From an uncultured Bacteroidota bacterium (GTDB taxonomy: Bacteria > Bacteroidota > Ignavibacteria > UBA10030 > UBA6906): a stretch of 64,000 nucleotides of DNA. Shown in pieces: positions 55,055 to 64,000 of the stretch. The stretch's first letter is position 1, and each line of letters opens with the position of its first letter. The notes under the pieces were generated by a model. That model was not told the DNA's origin. It did not search any database and saw only the letters and a list, made by a program, of their open reading frames with translations. The stretch is taken from positions 512,001 to 576,000 of the forward strand of contig CAVOYH010000003.1 in assembly GCA_963700635.1 (NCBI GenBank), given 5' to 3'. A program made the position numbers and the translations under genes.

Positions 55055-56082
55055 TTCTTCTTGCCGACGTGCGCTGCCCTAAAATCTGTTACGGACTTCT
55101 CCACACGATTGAGAAAATCCTGGTCAAACAGTCTTCCGACAAGCGACTGACGCGCGATCTTTCCCTTGGCGGAAAATTCCTGGAGTGTTTTCGGGTTGGT
55201 GACTTCAATAATCTGGATGCCGTTACGCTTCATGGTGTGAATCGCCGCGGCGTTTTCCTCGCGGCTCTTCGTTGTGAGCCGGGCCATAAATTTCTTCCCG
55301 TTCCGCACAAGGATTTCCTGAAGATCGGACGGCAGCGTGTCGAATTTCTTTTTGGAAACTACCACAGCGCCGGAAGCGTCGGCCAGAGGGACGTTCAGCA
55401 TGTACTTGACTCGTGTATTCCATTGCAGGGCAACGGCAGCCAGAGGCGAGGTATATGCTCCGTTGATCAATCCGGTTTGCAGGGAGGTAAGTACATCAAC
55501 GACCGAGAGGGGGATGGGGCTTATGCCCAGAGCACGAAAAGCCGCCTCGGCAATCTGGTCTCCTTCCCATGACCACATCTTCACACCATTCATGTCGGCA
55601 ACTGAGCGCACCGGCGTATTGGTGAGCACATACACAAAACCCACCTCCGCCCACCCGAGCAGGACGTAATCATTGTTTACAAATTCCCGGTCCAGCTCAG
55701 CCGAAAATGTTCTGAGGAAATGGTCCACTTCGTCGTACTGCTCGAAAAGAAACGGTGCATCATGAATGCGGAGCTTCGAAGATATTTCTCCGATACCAAC
55801 ACCGGTAATACCTGCGCTATGCAGCTGCCCGATCCGGATTTTACGCATCACATCCTTGTCTTCGCCCTGCACCCCACCGGCATAAATCCTGAAACCAAGT
55901 CGGCCGCCGCTTTCCTTCCGGATCGCGGCATCGTATTCCCTCATCACATTCAGCCAGGTACTCCCTTCGGTGGCAAGACTGGCGAACTTGATTGTATGCT
56001 CTTGGGCAGTCGAGGTTGATCCCATGGCAAGGGTCAACATGCAGAGGCATGCGACCACCATGGACATGTATGGATGCTTCAC
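55051..56082 (-). CDS. dctP: TRAP substrate-binding protein DctP (TatP type)
   Basis: IKFASLATEGSTW, YAGGVQG, RKIRIGQL, GWAEVGF and DVLTSLQTGLI motifs; GTG start with GGAG SD. Confidence 0.9.
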   Translation of the reverse strand: MKHPYMSMVVACLCMLTLAMGSTSTAQEHTIKFASLATEGSTWLNVMREYDAAIRKESGGRLGFRIYAGGVQGEDKDVMRKIRIGQLHSAGITGVGIGEISSKLRIHDAPFLFEQYDEVDHFLRTFSAELDREFVNNDYVLLGWAEVGFVYVLTNTPVRSVADMNGVKMWSWEGDQIAEAAFRALGISPIPLSVVDVLTSLQTGLINGAYTSPLAAVALQWNTRVKYMLNVPLADASGAVVVSKKKFDTLPSDLQEILVRNGKKFMARLTTKSREENAAAIHTMKRNGIQIIEVTNPKTLQEFSAKGKIARQSLVGRLFDQDFLNRVEKSVTDFRAAHVGKKK

Positions 56083-56100
56083 TCTCCAGGTCCTTTCTTG

Positions 56101-56958
56101 TCAGAACAGATCAGCGCGGCGGGACATCAGCAACTGCGCCTTCTTTTTTGCGATGGCGTTGGCCAGACGAAATTCCGGGAGGATTTCGAGAGATGCTTCT
56201 TCCACCGTACGGAGGCACGCATCAAACAACTCTTCGTCAAGGGTCTGCACTGCGACAGATCTGGCCTGGTACACATATGTCATGAGGAACTTGCCGCCAT
56301 TCAAACGAAGCGCCTTGTCAAAATGTCTCCGTGCGAGATCAATATTGCCGCCAAGAATCTTGGGCCTGCTTCCATAGAGCGTGCCCAGGAAGACATGCGC
56401 GCCACCGTAATAGTAAGCGGAATCGTGCCGGGTGACAAATTCCATCAGTGCTTCCGCACGAGGCAGGTCGCCGATGGCGTCGGGATTGTCCAGGCTCAGG
56501 TAAATGAAGCTTCCCCAGCCAAAGGCCGTCCAGAACGCTCCCGGGACCAGGGCCTTGCCTCTTTTATCCAGCACAGCCCTCAAATCATCAAGAGTTCCGT
56601 CCAGGGCTCTGGCAAGCTCTTTGTCCTGCCTCAGAATCCGGAGGCCAAAGTCCCGGCCACGAAGGTAGAAGTCTTTTGCGCGCTCGTGAAGACTGTCCTC
56701 CAGATATGCAAGCGCATAGCTGCTGTATCCCTGGCTGAGCAGAACAAGGAGGCGGGCATTGTCCGGATCACTTTTCAGCATCACCTCGAGCAGCTTGATG
56801 TTGCCCGGCAGGGCCTTCTCCGCAAAATCCAGATCGGATTCGCCCGTAATGGCGCCAAAGCCGTCATAGACAATGTCACCGACGGTGGATACCGCAATGC
56901 CCTGAATACAACCGGAGAAAAGGAGGACGAAGGCTAACAGAGAAAGAAGTCGTGTCAT
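56101..56958 (-). CDS. TRAP transporter TatT component (TPR-like lipoprotein)
   Basis: Start reassigned to 56958 (LLFSGC lipobox). ESDLDFAEKALP, YLRGRDFG, YYGGAH, RPKILGG and RLAN.IAKKKA motifs. Confidence 0.85.
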   Translation of the reverse strand: MTRLLSLLAFVLLFSGCIQGIAVSTVGDIVYDGFGAITGESDLDFAEKALPGNIKLLEVMLKSDPDNARLLVLLSQGYSSYALAYLEDSLHERAKDFYLRGRDFGLRILRQDKELARALDGTLDDLRAVLDKRGKALVPGAFWTAFGWGSFIYLSLDNPDAIGDLPRAEALMEFVTRHDSAYYYGGAHVFLGTLYGSRPKILGGNIDLARRHFDKALRLNGGKFLMTYVYQARSVAVQTLDEELFDACLRTVEEASLEILPEFRLANAIAKKKAQLLMSRRADLF

Positions 56959-57054
56959 AGGGCAGCTCGAACCTGAACGATAATGAAAAATATATATAAA
57001 ACTGCATTGGATAGCAACACAACCGGGCTTTACGGCGTCTTCTTCCCCTCTCCT

Positions 57055-57083
57055 TTGCAACTCTTTCAAAAATCTGCTAACTT
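57055..57083 (+). promoter_or_regulatory. Sigma70 promoter, predicted leaderless transcript
   Basis: TTGCAA-N17-TAACTT-N5-ATG(57089), with no SD. Confidence 0.6.
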
Positions 57084-57088
57084 TTGGT

Positions 57089-57760
57089 ATGCGTATTCTC
57101 GTAGTCGAAGACGAAAAGAAAGTGGCCCGCTTCATCCAGCAGGGTCTTGAAGAAGAACACTACCTGGTGGATGTCGCTCACGACGGCCAGCAAGGGCTCA
57201 GCATGGCGGAGACCCTGAAGTACGACGCCATTGTGCTGGATGTGATGCTCCCAGGCAAAGACGGCATCACCTTTACCAGAGAATTCAGGGCGTTGAAAAA
57301 AACCACGCCGATCCTGATGCTTACAGCAAAAACATCAACGGAAGAAAAGGTGTCGGGGCTTGACAGCGGTGCCGACGATTACCTCACCAAGCCGTTTGCC
57401 TTTGCGGAACTTCTCGCGCGCCTTCGTTCGCTCCTGCGGCGCGGCACACAGGAAAAGACAACCGTTCTCTCGCTGGGCGACCTCGTCCTGGATACGGTGT
57501 CGCACAAGGCCCGGCGTGCCGATCGGTCTATTGACCTTACGGCGAAGGAGTACGCGCTGCTGGAATTTTTCCTCCGTAACAAGGAACGCGTACTCAGCCG
57601 CACCATCATTGCCGAACATATCTGGGACTACCACTTCGATACCGGGACCAATCTGATCGACGTGTATATCAACCACCTGCGCAACAAAGTAGACACCGGT
57701 TTCGAAAAGAAATTGATCCACACGGTCCGGGGTGTCGGATACGTGATGAAAGAGGATTAA
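57089..57760 (+). CDS. OmpR-family response regulator (CusR/CzcR-like)
   Basis: MRILVVEDE, LDVMLP, GADDYLTKPF, TNLIDVYINHLR and HTVRGVGY motifs. Confidence 0.95.
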   Translation: MRILVVEDEKKVARFIQQGLEEEHYLVDVAHDGQQGLSMAETLKYDAIVLDVMLPGKDGITFTREFRALKKTTPILMLTAKTSTEEKVSGLDSGADDYLTKPFAFAELLARLRSLLRRGTQEKTTVLSLGDLVLDTVSHKARRADRSIDLTAKEYALLEFFLRNKERVLSRTIIAEHIWDYHFDTGTNLIDVYINHLRNKVDTGFEKKLIHTVRGVGYVMKED

Positions 57761-57764
57761 GCGC

Positions 57765-59237
57765 ATGGCTTTTATCTTTCGATCGGTACGGACGCGACTG
57801 ACGCTCTGGTACACGCTGCTCCTGCTTTCCACACTGGTCCTTTTTGGCGTCCTTGCGTACTACTTTACCGGCCAAACTCTCTCGGAAAATCTTGATCTTT
57901 CCCTGAGGGCCGAAGCGCGGTGGATGCGCGACTTTATCCAGCCGCAGGCAAGCAAGATCAAGCCCGGGAAACGATCCATTGACATCATCCTCGGCAAGAA
58001 GGCCCGCCGGGCAGAGTCACAGGAGCTCACCGGCGAGGACAGTACGGTGGAAGAGTCGGATGAGATCTGGAACCAGATTTTCCGGCACAGTCTCCAGAAT
58101 ACAAAGAAGACCTATTTTCAATTCAGCGACCGCAGGGGGAACATCCTGCACCGCTCATACAGTCTGGGCACAGACAGTCTCGTCGTAACAGACACGATCA
58201 GCTCCGCCAGCATCCTGCTTACCACCGTGTATCTCAACGGCGAACCGGTGCGCATAGCCGCCACACGTGACCGGAACTTCACGTATTACGTGGGATACCC
58301 TATTGCAGACCTGCGCGAGCTGCTTGACAACCTGTTTGTGATCTTTCTCATCCTTATCCCTATCGCGGTTGCGCTTTCTATTATTGGCGGGCTGGCGCTT
58401 GCCACAAAAGCGCTCCAGCCGGTAGATGAAGTGACCACGCGTGCGCGGACAATCACCGCACAGAACCTTGACCAGACCATCCCGGTCCGGATAATTGATG
58501 ACGAAATCGGACGTCTTATCGCCACCATCAATGACATGATCGGCCGCTTACATGCCTCCTTTGCCCAGGTGCGGCAGTTTTCCGCAGATGCGTCACATGA
58601 GCTCCGGACACCGCTCACCGTGATCCGCGGAGAGATTGAACTGGCCCTGCGGAGCAAGAAGAATCCCAAGGAATACCGCAGAGTGCTTGAAAGCACGCTC
58701 GAGGAAATCCTCCGCCTTACGTCCATCATCAACAACCTTCTGGTCCTTGCAAAGGCCGAGCAGGGTCTGACGAAAGCGGATTTTTCAGAGGTGGATCTGG
58801 AGAGTCTGGTGGAGGAGTTGTACGAAGACAGCACGATTCTTGCCGGCGGAAAAAATATTGTGGTTACTCTGCAAATGAACACGCCGATGACCATTGTAGG
58901 CGACCGGACCCGCCTCCGTCAGCTGTTTCTCAACCTGATCGACAATGCAATCAAATACACACCCGAAGGCGGAGCGGTAACGCTCGCCATGGAAAAACAG
59001 AACGGCTCTGCTGTATTCCGTATCGAGGACACCGGCATTGGCATACCGCCTGAAGATATCACGAAGATCTTTGACAGGTTTTACCGGGTGGATAAGGCCC
59101 GCTCGCGCGAGCTGGGGGGGACGGGGCTTGGACTGTCGATCGCAAAATGGATCGCCGAATTGCACCGCGGCACCATCGCCGTCACCAGTGAACCCCACCG
59201 GGGGTCGGTGTTTACGGTGCAACTCCCCCTCAATTAA
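57765..59237 (+). CDS. HAMP sensor histidine kinase (CusS/CzcS-like)
   Basis: SVRTRLTLWY, DEIGRL, FSADASHELRTP, NAIKYT and FYRVDKARSR..GGTGLGL motifs. Confidence 0.95.
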   Translation: MAFIFRSVRTRLTLWYTLLLLSTLVLFGVLAYYFTGQTLSENLDLSLRAEARWMRDFIQPQASKIKPGKRSIDIILGKKARRAESQELTGEDSTVEESDEIWNQIFRHSLQNTKKTYFQFSDRRGNILHRSYSLGTDSLVVTDTISSASILLTTVYLNGEPVRIAATRDRNFTYYVGYPIADLRELLDNLFVIFLILIPIAVALSIIGGLALATKALQPVDEVTTRARTITAQNLDQTIPVRIIDDEIGRLIATINDMIGRLHASFAQVRQFSADASHELRTPLTVIRGEIELALRSKKNPKEYRRVLESTLEEILRLTSIINNLLVLAKAEQGLTKADFSEVDLESLVEELYEDSTILAGGKNIVVTLQMNTPMTIVGDRTRLRQLFLNLIDNAIKYTPEGGAVTLAMEKQNGSAVFRIEDTGIGIPPEDITKIFDRFYRVDKARSRELGGTGLGLSIAKWIAELHRGTIAVTSEPHRGSVFTVQLPLN

Positions 59238-59251
59238 CCGCAGAGTATCCC

Positions 59252-62200
59252 CTAGAAATCAAACCCCAGCGAGAAGTAGTACTTCGGCGGGGAAAAATTG
59301 TCGTAGGTCCATGCCCACGCAACGTCAAAGCGTACCAGAAATGCCAGGAAGAAAATACGCGCGCCGGTTCCCATACCCATCAGGAGATCGCGTGTCACGG
59401 TGTTCCCCTGAGCATCTTTCGTAAACGCCACAAAGTCGCGTTCCCTGTTCCAGGCACTCCCCACATCAAAGAACATCACGCCGCCCAGACTCTGCAGCCC
59501 CAGGGGCAGGGGTCCGGCCTGCAAAAACGCAAACAACGGATATCGCAGCTCAAAATTGAACAGCGCGTACTTCGAGCCAAATGCCGCGTTGTAATTGTAC
59601 CCGCGTAACGGGAGGCCGGTCTGCAGGAACATGTAGTCTTCGGCGTTTTCGAGTGGTACATATCCCCCCTCAAAGGTATGGTTGATCCAGTTTTCCACGC
59701 CTCCCACGATGAACTTCTGAGGGTTCTTGCCAATACTTGCCCCGCCCGCCAGCCGCAGTCCGATACTATAGTTGCGCCCCAATCGTACATAATGCCGGTA
59801 GTCACCGGTCACGTTCAGGAAGCTGAGGCCGTTTGCTCCGAGCTTGGGCGTCCCGTACACGTCGAAACGGTACCGCGTACCGGCCACCGGATTAAGCAGA
59901 CCCCAGAGCGAGGTGTCGTGGGTGTAGCTCAGGCTCGGAACAATAACGTTGCGGGTCTGTGACGGATCGGTGGATCGATCCAGATTATCGCGGGAAATGC
60001 TGAACCAGCTTAACCCAAACTCCAATCGACGAAACCGGTCGAAGGGATAGAGCGCCTGCAGGGTGGCGCCATAGGTGCGGAATCTGTACAGACTGCCGCC
60101 GTAGATATCATCCACGATCACGAATCGTGCGCTATGAAAACCACCAATACCGAAGTCCACCCGGTTCGGCAAGTAGTAATACTGGAGCGCGTAGTCGCTG
60201 TTTTTGAGATCCAGGAGCAAATTCGTGGCAAACACAATCTGATGATCACCCATAAGGTCACTGAAGGCCATGATCGTAGAGCCGGTGACGCCGTAGAATG
60301 TGTCATATCCGGCATTGCCGTAGATGATGTCCGGGGTGAAGTTCAATTTGTACTTGTTCACTTTGAACGTACCGTCTTCATCCAGATTTCCGGCGATACG
60401 CGGAAGCCGCGCAATCAGGGAATCCCTGGGAATTCTCTCATCCAGCTTGTCGGTGAACACGTAGCTGGAAAAATCGAGCTGGATGTTCTCGCCATACAAC
60501 CCGGAGGTGTCAACTGATGCTTCAACCGGAGCGGGCGCCTCGGCAACGGCGCCGGAATCGATGCCGGAATCGGTGCCGGCAGCGACTTTTCGATCCTGGA
60601 GACGGAAGACTGTTGGTTCGGGCTCTGCACTTGCGATGTCCCGCTCAAACGGGCTACGCATCAGGAAGATATCAAAACCGGAGTGACTGAGAGAGGAGAA
60701 CGCCAGCTTGGACCCATCCCGCGAAAGGGAAAGCTGATACACGCCGCTGAGGGAATTCGTAAGCGGCCTGATCTTTCCGGTTTCAAGCGTGAGTTCATAG
60801 ATGTTATTGATCCCATTCCGGTCTGACACGAACAGCAACTTCTTCCCGTCCGGAGACAACACCGGAGATGTTTCATCACACTCAGTCCAATCGGTGCGCC
60901 GTTGTACTGTTTTAGTGGACAGGTCGACGCTGAAAAGGTCAAGCTGGTGTTTGAGAAAATCTGCGAACGACACCGGCTCGAGGCCAGTCGAGCTGGAGCG
61001 GTCAGATGAAAAGTACACCATGGTCCCATCGGGCGACCAGGCAGGCTGTTCGTCGGTAAACATGTCGTTTGTGAGATTGGTCAGCTCGCGCGTGCCAAGG
61101 TGATAGACATGGATGTCCGACTGCCGCGCCGTGTTTCCCACAAAGGCGATGCGGTCACCTTGCGGCGACCAAGTAACCGAGAAGATCCCGTCGAGATCAA
61201 AGGAGAGTTTTTCGGTCTCGCCGGACTTCACATCAACAAGGATTATGGCGTCCCGTTCGCCCGCTTTGGTGGCGATTGCCAGCCGTTTTCCGTCCGGCGA
61301 CCAGCTTATACCCGGTGTCAACAGATGAAGCTCTTCAAAGTTGTTAGTCTGCTGTCCGTCGATGAGTATTTCAAGGTCGGCCCCATCAACGGCATTCATA
61401 ATAAAAACGTCAAAGAAGTCATGGCGGTTGGAAATGAACGCGATCTTGTCGCCCTGCGGCGATATGGCCGGACTTGTATTATAAAAGCCGCCCTCTTTTT
61501 TGTGCTCGGTTAGCCGCCGGGAAAAATCGGTTGGATCTTCGCGCTTGGCGATATCCGGCCAGTACATCACTTTCTGTTCTTTTTGCCAGCGCTCGGACAG
61601 TTCTTCGAGATTTAATCCGATTGAACTCCGGAGGCCGGTTTCCACGCTGCGGGTACTCTTAATCTTGTTCAGAAGCTCGCCGATCTTCTGCTCACCGTAT
61701 TTGTTGGCGATGTAGTAGAAGACGGACTGACCGCCGCGATAGGCAAAGTACCCGTACAACTGATTGATCGGAGGGAGGTATTGATGGACGGTTGCATCCC
61801 GGAGAAACATGTCGGAATCCGTATCCCACCTGAGCGACTCATACTCTGCAAGACCTTCGGTGAACCAGAGTGGAAGCTGGAGTGTGATATTGTTGGAGAT
61901 AATGGACTGGATACTGCCGCCGTAGAACATATCATTCATGACGGCATGAACAAGTTCATGGTGGATTACGTGCCGGAACTTCCGGTAATCACCCTCAAAC
62001 GGGACGACCACCCGATTCTTGAAGAGCTCCGTTACCCCACCGATACCCTCCTCCATATACTGGCTGATCACGTTGGTCTGCTGGAATTCGTTGTGCGAGT
62101 TATACACAATCAACGGAACGCGGTTTACGAGCTGGTACCGGAAGAGACGGCTCATGGACGCGTAGGCAGATTCGGCGGCAACGGCACAAAACTGCGCCAG

Positions 62201-62377
62201 ATGGTGCCCATCATTTGCATAATACACATCAAAGTGGTCGGTCTGGATATAATGCCAGCTGAAGTTCTTGTACTGGACCTTATTCTTCCCGAAAACATCG
62301 ATTTGTGCAGCCGCAGAGGGTGAAAGAACTACCCACAGAAGCGCTGCGCTCAGGAATATCTTCATTTTCGCCTTCAT
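59252..62377 (-). CDS. Omp85-family outer-membrane protein with an N-terminal zincin-like domain and a PD40/TolB beta-propeller
   Basis: Signal peptide, FGKNKVQY, HELVH...WFTEGLAEY, PD40 repeats (SPQGDKIAF, WSPDG), and barrel motifs LRGY, FFDVG.AW, RFDVAW, FSLGFDF. Confidence 0.85.
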   Translation of the reverse strand: MKAKMKIFLSAALLWVVLSPSAAAQIDVFGKNKVQYKNFSWHYIQTDHFDVYYANDGHHLAQFCAVAAESAYASMSRLFRYQLVNRVPLIVYNSHNEFQQTNVISQYMEEGIGGVTELFKNRVVVPFEGDYRKFRHVIHHELVHAVMNDMFYGGSIQSIISNNITLQLPLWFTEGLAEYESLRWDTDSDMFLRDATVHQYLPPINQLYGYFAYRGGQSVFYYIANKYGEQKIGELLNKIKSTRSVETGLRSSIGLNLEELSERWQKEQKVMYWPDIAKREDPTDFSRRLTEHKKEGGFYNTSPAISPQGDKIAFISNRHDFFDVFIMNAVDGADLEILIDGQQTNNFEELHLLTPGISWSPDGKRLAIATKAGERDAIILVDVKSGETEKLSFDLDGIFSVTWSPQGDRIAFVGNTARQSDIHVYHLGTRELTNLTNDMFTDEQPAWSPDGTMVYFSSDRSSSTGLEPVSFADFLKHQLDLFSVDLSTKTVQRRTDWTECDETSPVLSPDGKKLLFVSDRNGINNIYELTLETGKIRPLTNSLSGVYQLSLSRDGSKLAFSSLSHSGFDIFLMRSPFERDIASAEPEPTVFRLQDRKVAAGTDSGIDSGAVAEAPAPVEASVDTSGLYGENIQLDFSSYVFTDKLDERIPRDSLIARLPRIAGNLDEDGTFKVNKYKLNFTPDIIYGNAGYDTFYGVTGSTIMAFSDLMGDHQIVFATNLLLDLKNSDYALQYYYLPNRVDFGIGGFHSARFVIVDDIYGGSLYRFRTYGATLQALYPFDRFRRLEFGLSWFSISRDNLDRSTDPSQTRNVIVPSLSYTHDTSLWGLLNPVAGTRYRFDVYGTPKLGANGLSFLNVTGDYRHYVRLGRNYSIGLRLAGGASIGKNPQKFIVGGVENWINHTFEGGYVPLENAEDYMFLQTGLPLRGYNYNAAFGSKYALFNFELRYPLFAFLQAGPLPLGLQSLGGVMFFDVGSAWNRERDFVAFTKDAQGNTVTRDLLMGMGTGARIFFLAFLVRFDVAWAWTYDNFSPPKYYFSLGFDF

Positions 62378-62441
62378 ACGTTGACCCCTTCGCTTCGTCT
62401 CATACTATACAAAACGCCCCATCAGGCCAAAAGTTCCGCGC

Positions 62442-64000
62442 TCAATCACTGACGAGCGTCAAGTTCAACTCGCGGGTTTCTGCCTTTACGGAGAGCGTCC
62501 GGACACGAACATGATCACCAAGCCGGTACTGGCGACCCCGTGACCGGCCTCTCAATGTATACTGTTTCTCATCAAAGAGGTAGTAGTCATCATCAAGATC
62601 CCGGACATGGACCAGCCCCTGAACGAGTAATTCGTGTAGTTCGACAAATAGTCCAAAATTGGTTACGCCCGTAATCACACCTTCGAACTCATCGCCGATG
62701 TGCCGTTTCATGTATTCCATCTGCATGACTTTCACCGAAGCCCGTTCGGCTTCCACAGCGACGCGTTCGCGGTCGGACGACTGCCGTGCAACATCCGGCA
62801 TAATCCCGCTGAAGTGGGCGAGCCGGTCCGTGGTTGGCACCGCGGCATATTCGTCAAGCAGACGATGGACGACAAGATCGGGATAACGCCGGATCGGTGA
62901 AGTAAAGTGGGTGTAGTGACGGAACCCGAGGCCGTAATGCCCGATGTTTTTTCCCGCATAGACGGCTTTCGCCATCGATCGCAAGGCCACATCGTGAATA
63001 ACATCTTCAACGTCCGAACCCTTCACCTCGTCAAGAAGTTTTTGGAGTTCGCGTGAGGAAACTCCGTTTTTCACATCCAATGAATACCCGAACTGCTTGA
63101 CGAACAATCCGAGTTCTTTGAGCCGTTCCGGATTGGGAAGGTCATGCACACGGTAAAGAAATGGCACTGCGTGGCCGTCGGTTTTCATCCGTGCCACATG
63201 CTGCGCGACAATCTTGTTGGCAAGCAGCATACATTCTTCCACCAGGCGATGGGCGTCGAGCCGCACTTTTTTGATGATCTGGATGGGAAGACCCTGTGCA
63301 TCAAAACGAAACTTGGCTTCCGCAGTGTCAAAGTCCAGACTGCCGGTCTTCCGGCGCCGTTTGGAGAGCTGTTTTGCCAGATCATTCAAGCGGAGGAGAA
63401 GTTCTGCATGCTCACCCTCCTTCTTCTCAAGAATGCCCTGGACCTCCTCATAGCTGAAACGTCGCTTGCTGTGAATCACCGAACGCGCAAAGCGATACTC
63501 CTCCACCTTGCCGTCCTTCGTCACATCAATGAGTGCACTGTATGTCAGACGGTCTGTGGCGGGGCGCAGACTGCACAGGTCATTGGAGAGGCGCTCGGGC
63601 AACATCGGAACCACTTCATTGACAAGGTACACACTCGTGCCGCGCAGATAGGCCTCGCGATCGAGTTCTGCGCCTTCCCGAACGTAATAACTCACATCCG
63701 CAATATGGACTCCGAGCCGGTATCGGCCGTTGTCGAGTTCTTCACACGAAAGCGCATCGTCAAAGTCCTTTGCATCCTCCGGGTCAATGGTCACACAGAC
63801 ACTTGAGCGCAGGTCCAGCCGGCGCTGTATTTCATCAGGAGGTATCGTCCCGGGGAGTTCTGCGGCTGCACGCTCCACCGATGCCGGAAATGCCGGCGGC
63901 AGTCCGAAACTGCGCGCAACGCTGAGTACCTCGACGCGGGCATCGCCCGCCGGACCGAGGACCTCCACGATAACGCCCTCCGGATTCAGGTGTTCATCTT
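62442..64000 (-). CDS. rnr: Ribonuclease R (5' end off the window)
   Basis: TIDPEDAKDFDDA, HIADV, RGTSVY, HFTSPIRRYPD motifs and a C-terminal S1 domain. Confidence 0.96.
   Translation of the reverse strand, partial: DEHLNPEGVIVEVLGPAGDARVEVLSVARSFGLPPAFPASVERAAAELPGTIPPDEIQRRLDLRSSVCVTIDPEDAKDFDDALSCEELDNGRYRLGVHIADVSYYVREGAELDREAYLRGTSVYLVNEVVPMLPERLSNDLCSLRPATDRLTYSALIDVTKDGKVEEYRFARSVIHSKRRFSYEEVQGILEKKEGEHAELLLRLNDLAKQLSKRRRKTGSLDFDTAEAKFRFDAQGLPIQIIKKVRLDAHRLVEECMLLANKIVAQHVARMKTDGHAVPFLYRVHDLPNPERLKELGLFVKQFGYSLDVKNGVSSRELQKLLDEVKGSDVEDVIHDVALRSMAKAVYAGKNIGHYGLGFRHYTHFTSPIRRYPDLVVHRLLDEYAAVPTTDRLAHFSGIMPDVARQSSDRERVAVEAERASVKVMQMEYMKRHIGDEFEGVITGVTNFGLFVELHELLVQGLVHVRDLDDDYYLFDEKQYTLRGRSRGRQYRLGDHVRVRTLSVKAETRELNLTLVSD

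Noticed and set aside
60540-60580. GCCGGAATCG repeat in the Omp85 gene
   Set aside because: It encodes a low-complexity linker (TDSGIDSG) and has only two copies.
1-64000. CRISPR arrays, IS elements, prophage, defence systems, frameshifted or recoded genes
   Set aside because: None seen by eye. Intergenic gaps are short and the recognised proteins appear full length, apart from the two truncated by the window edges.

Overview
A gene-dense, mostly minus-strand stretch of core chromosome from a moderately GC-rich FCB-group bacterium. Gene content (DUF4905, NTP_transf_4 GlmU-like protein, T9SS-like C-terminal domain, exbB-exbD-exbD-tonB-pstS-TPR cluster) and canonical TTG/TAnnnT promoters suggest an Ignavibacteria-like lineage; this is inference. 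I found no mobile element, prophage, CRISPR array or rRNA. In order, the window holds: a truncated SigH/SigR-like ECF sigma factor; a STAS-exbB-exbD-exbD-tonB-small membrane protein-PstS-like-TPR operon; a KinB/AlgB-like sigma54 two-component system preceded by a CNNM/CBS protein and an outer-membrane barrel; a GH13 enzyme and two DUF1624/HGSNAT-like acyltransferases; hpnCDE; tRNA(CAU)-tilS-hpt-ftsH; an M16 peptidase pair; an SDR with a cryptic class II aldolase-fold protein; an FrlA-like permease with an amidohydrolase; two GxGYxYP proteins with a propeller glycosidase; rhomboid, gluzincin, FadF, rdgB, deaminase and radA; GHL10; a TatT-type TRAP transporter; an OmpR-family two-component system; a peptidase/propeller/Omp85 fusion; and a truncated rnr. 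The most notable signals are (1) a consensus sigma54 promoter with TGCA enhancer-like repeats that apparently links the adjacent two-component system to the TonB-motor operon, (2) a recurring TTGnnn-N17-TAnnnT-N5-9-ATG leaderless promoter architecture, and (3) several uncharacterised enzyme modules. All protein assignments come from motif recognition by eye, not from database searches.
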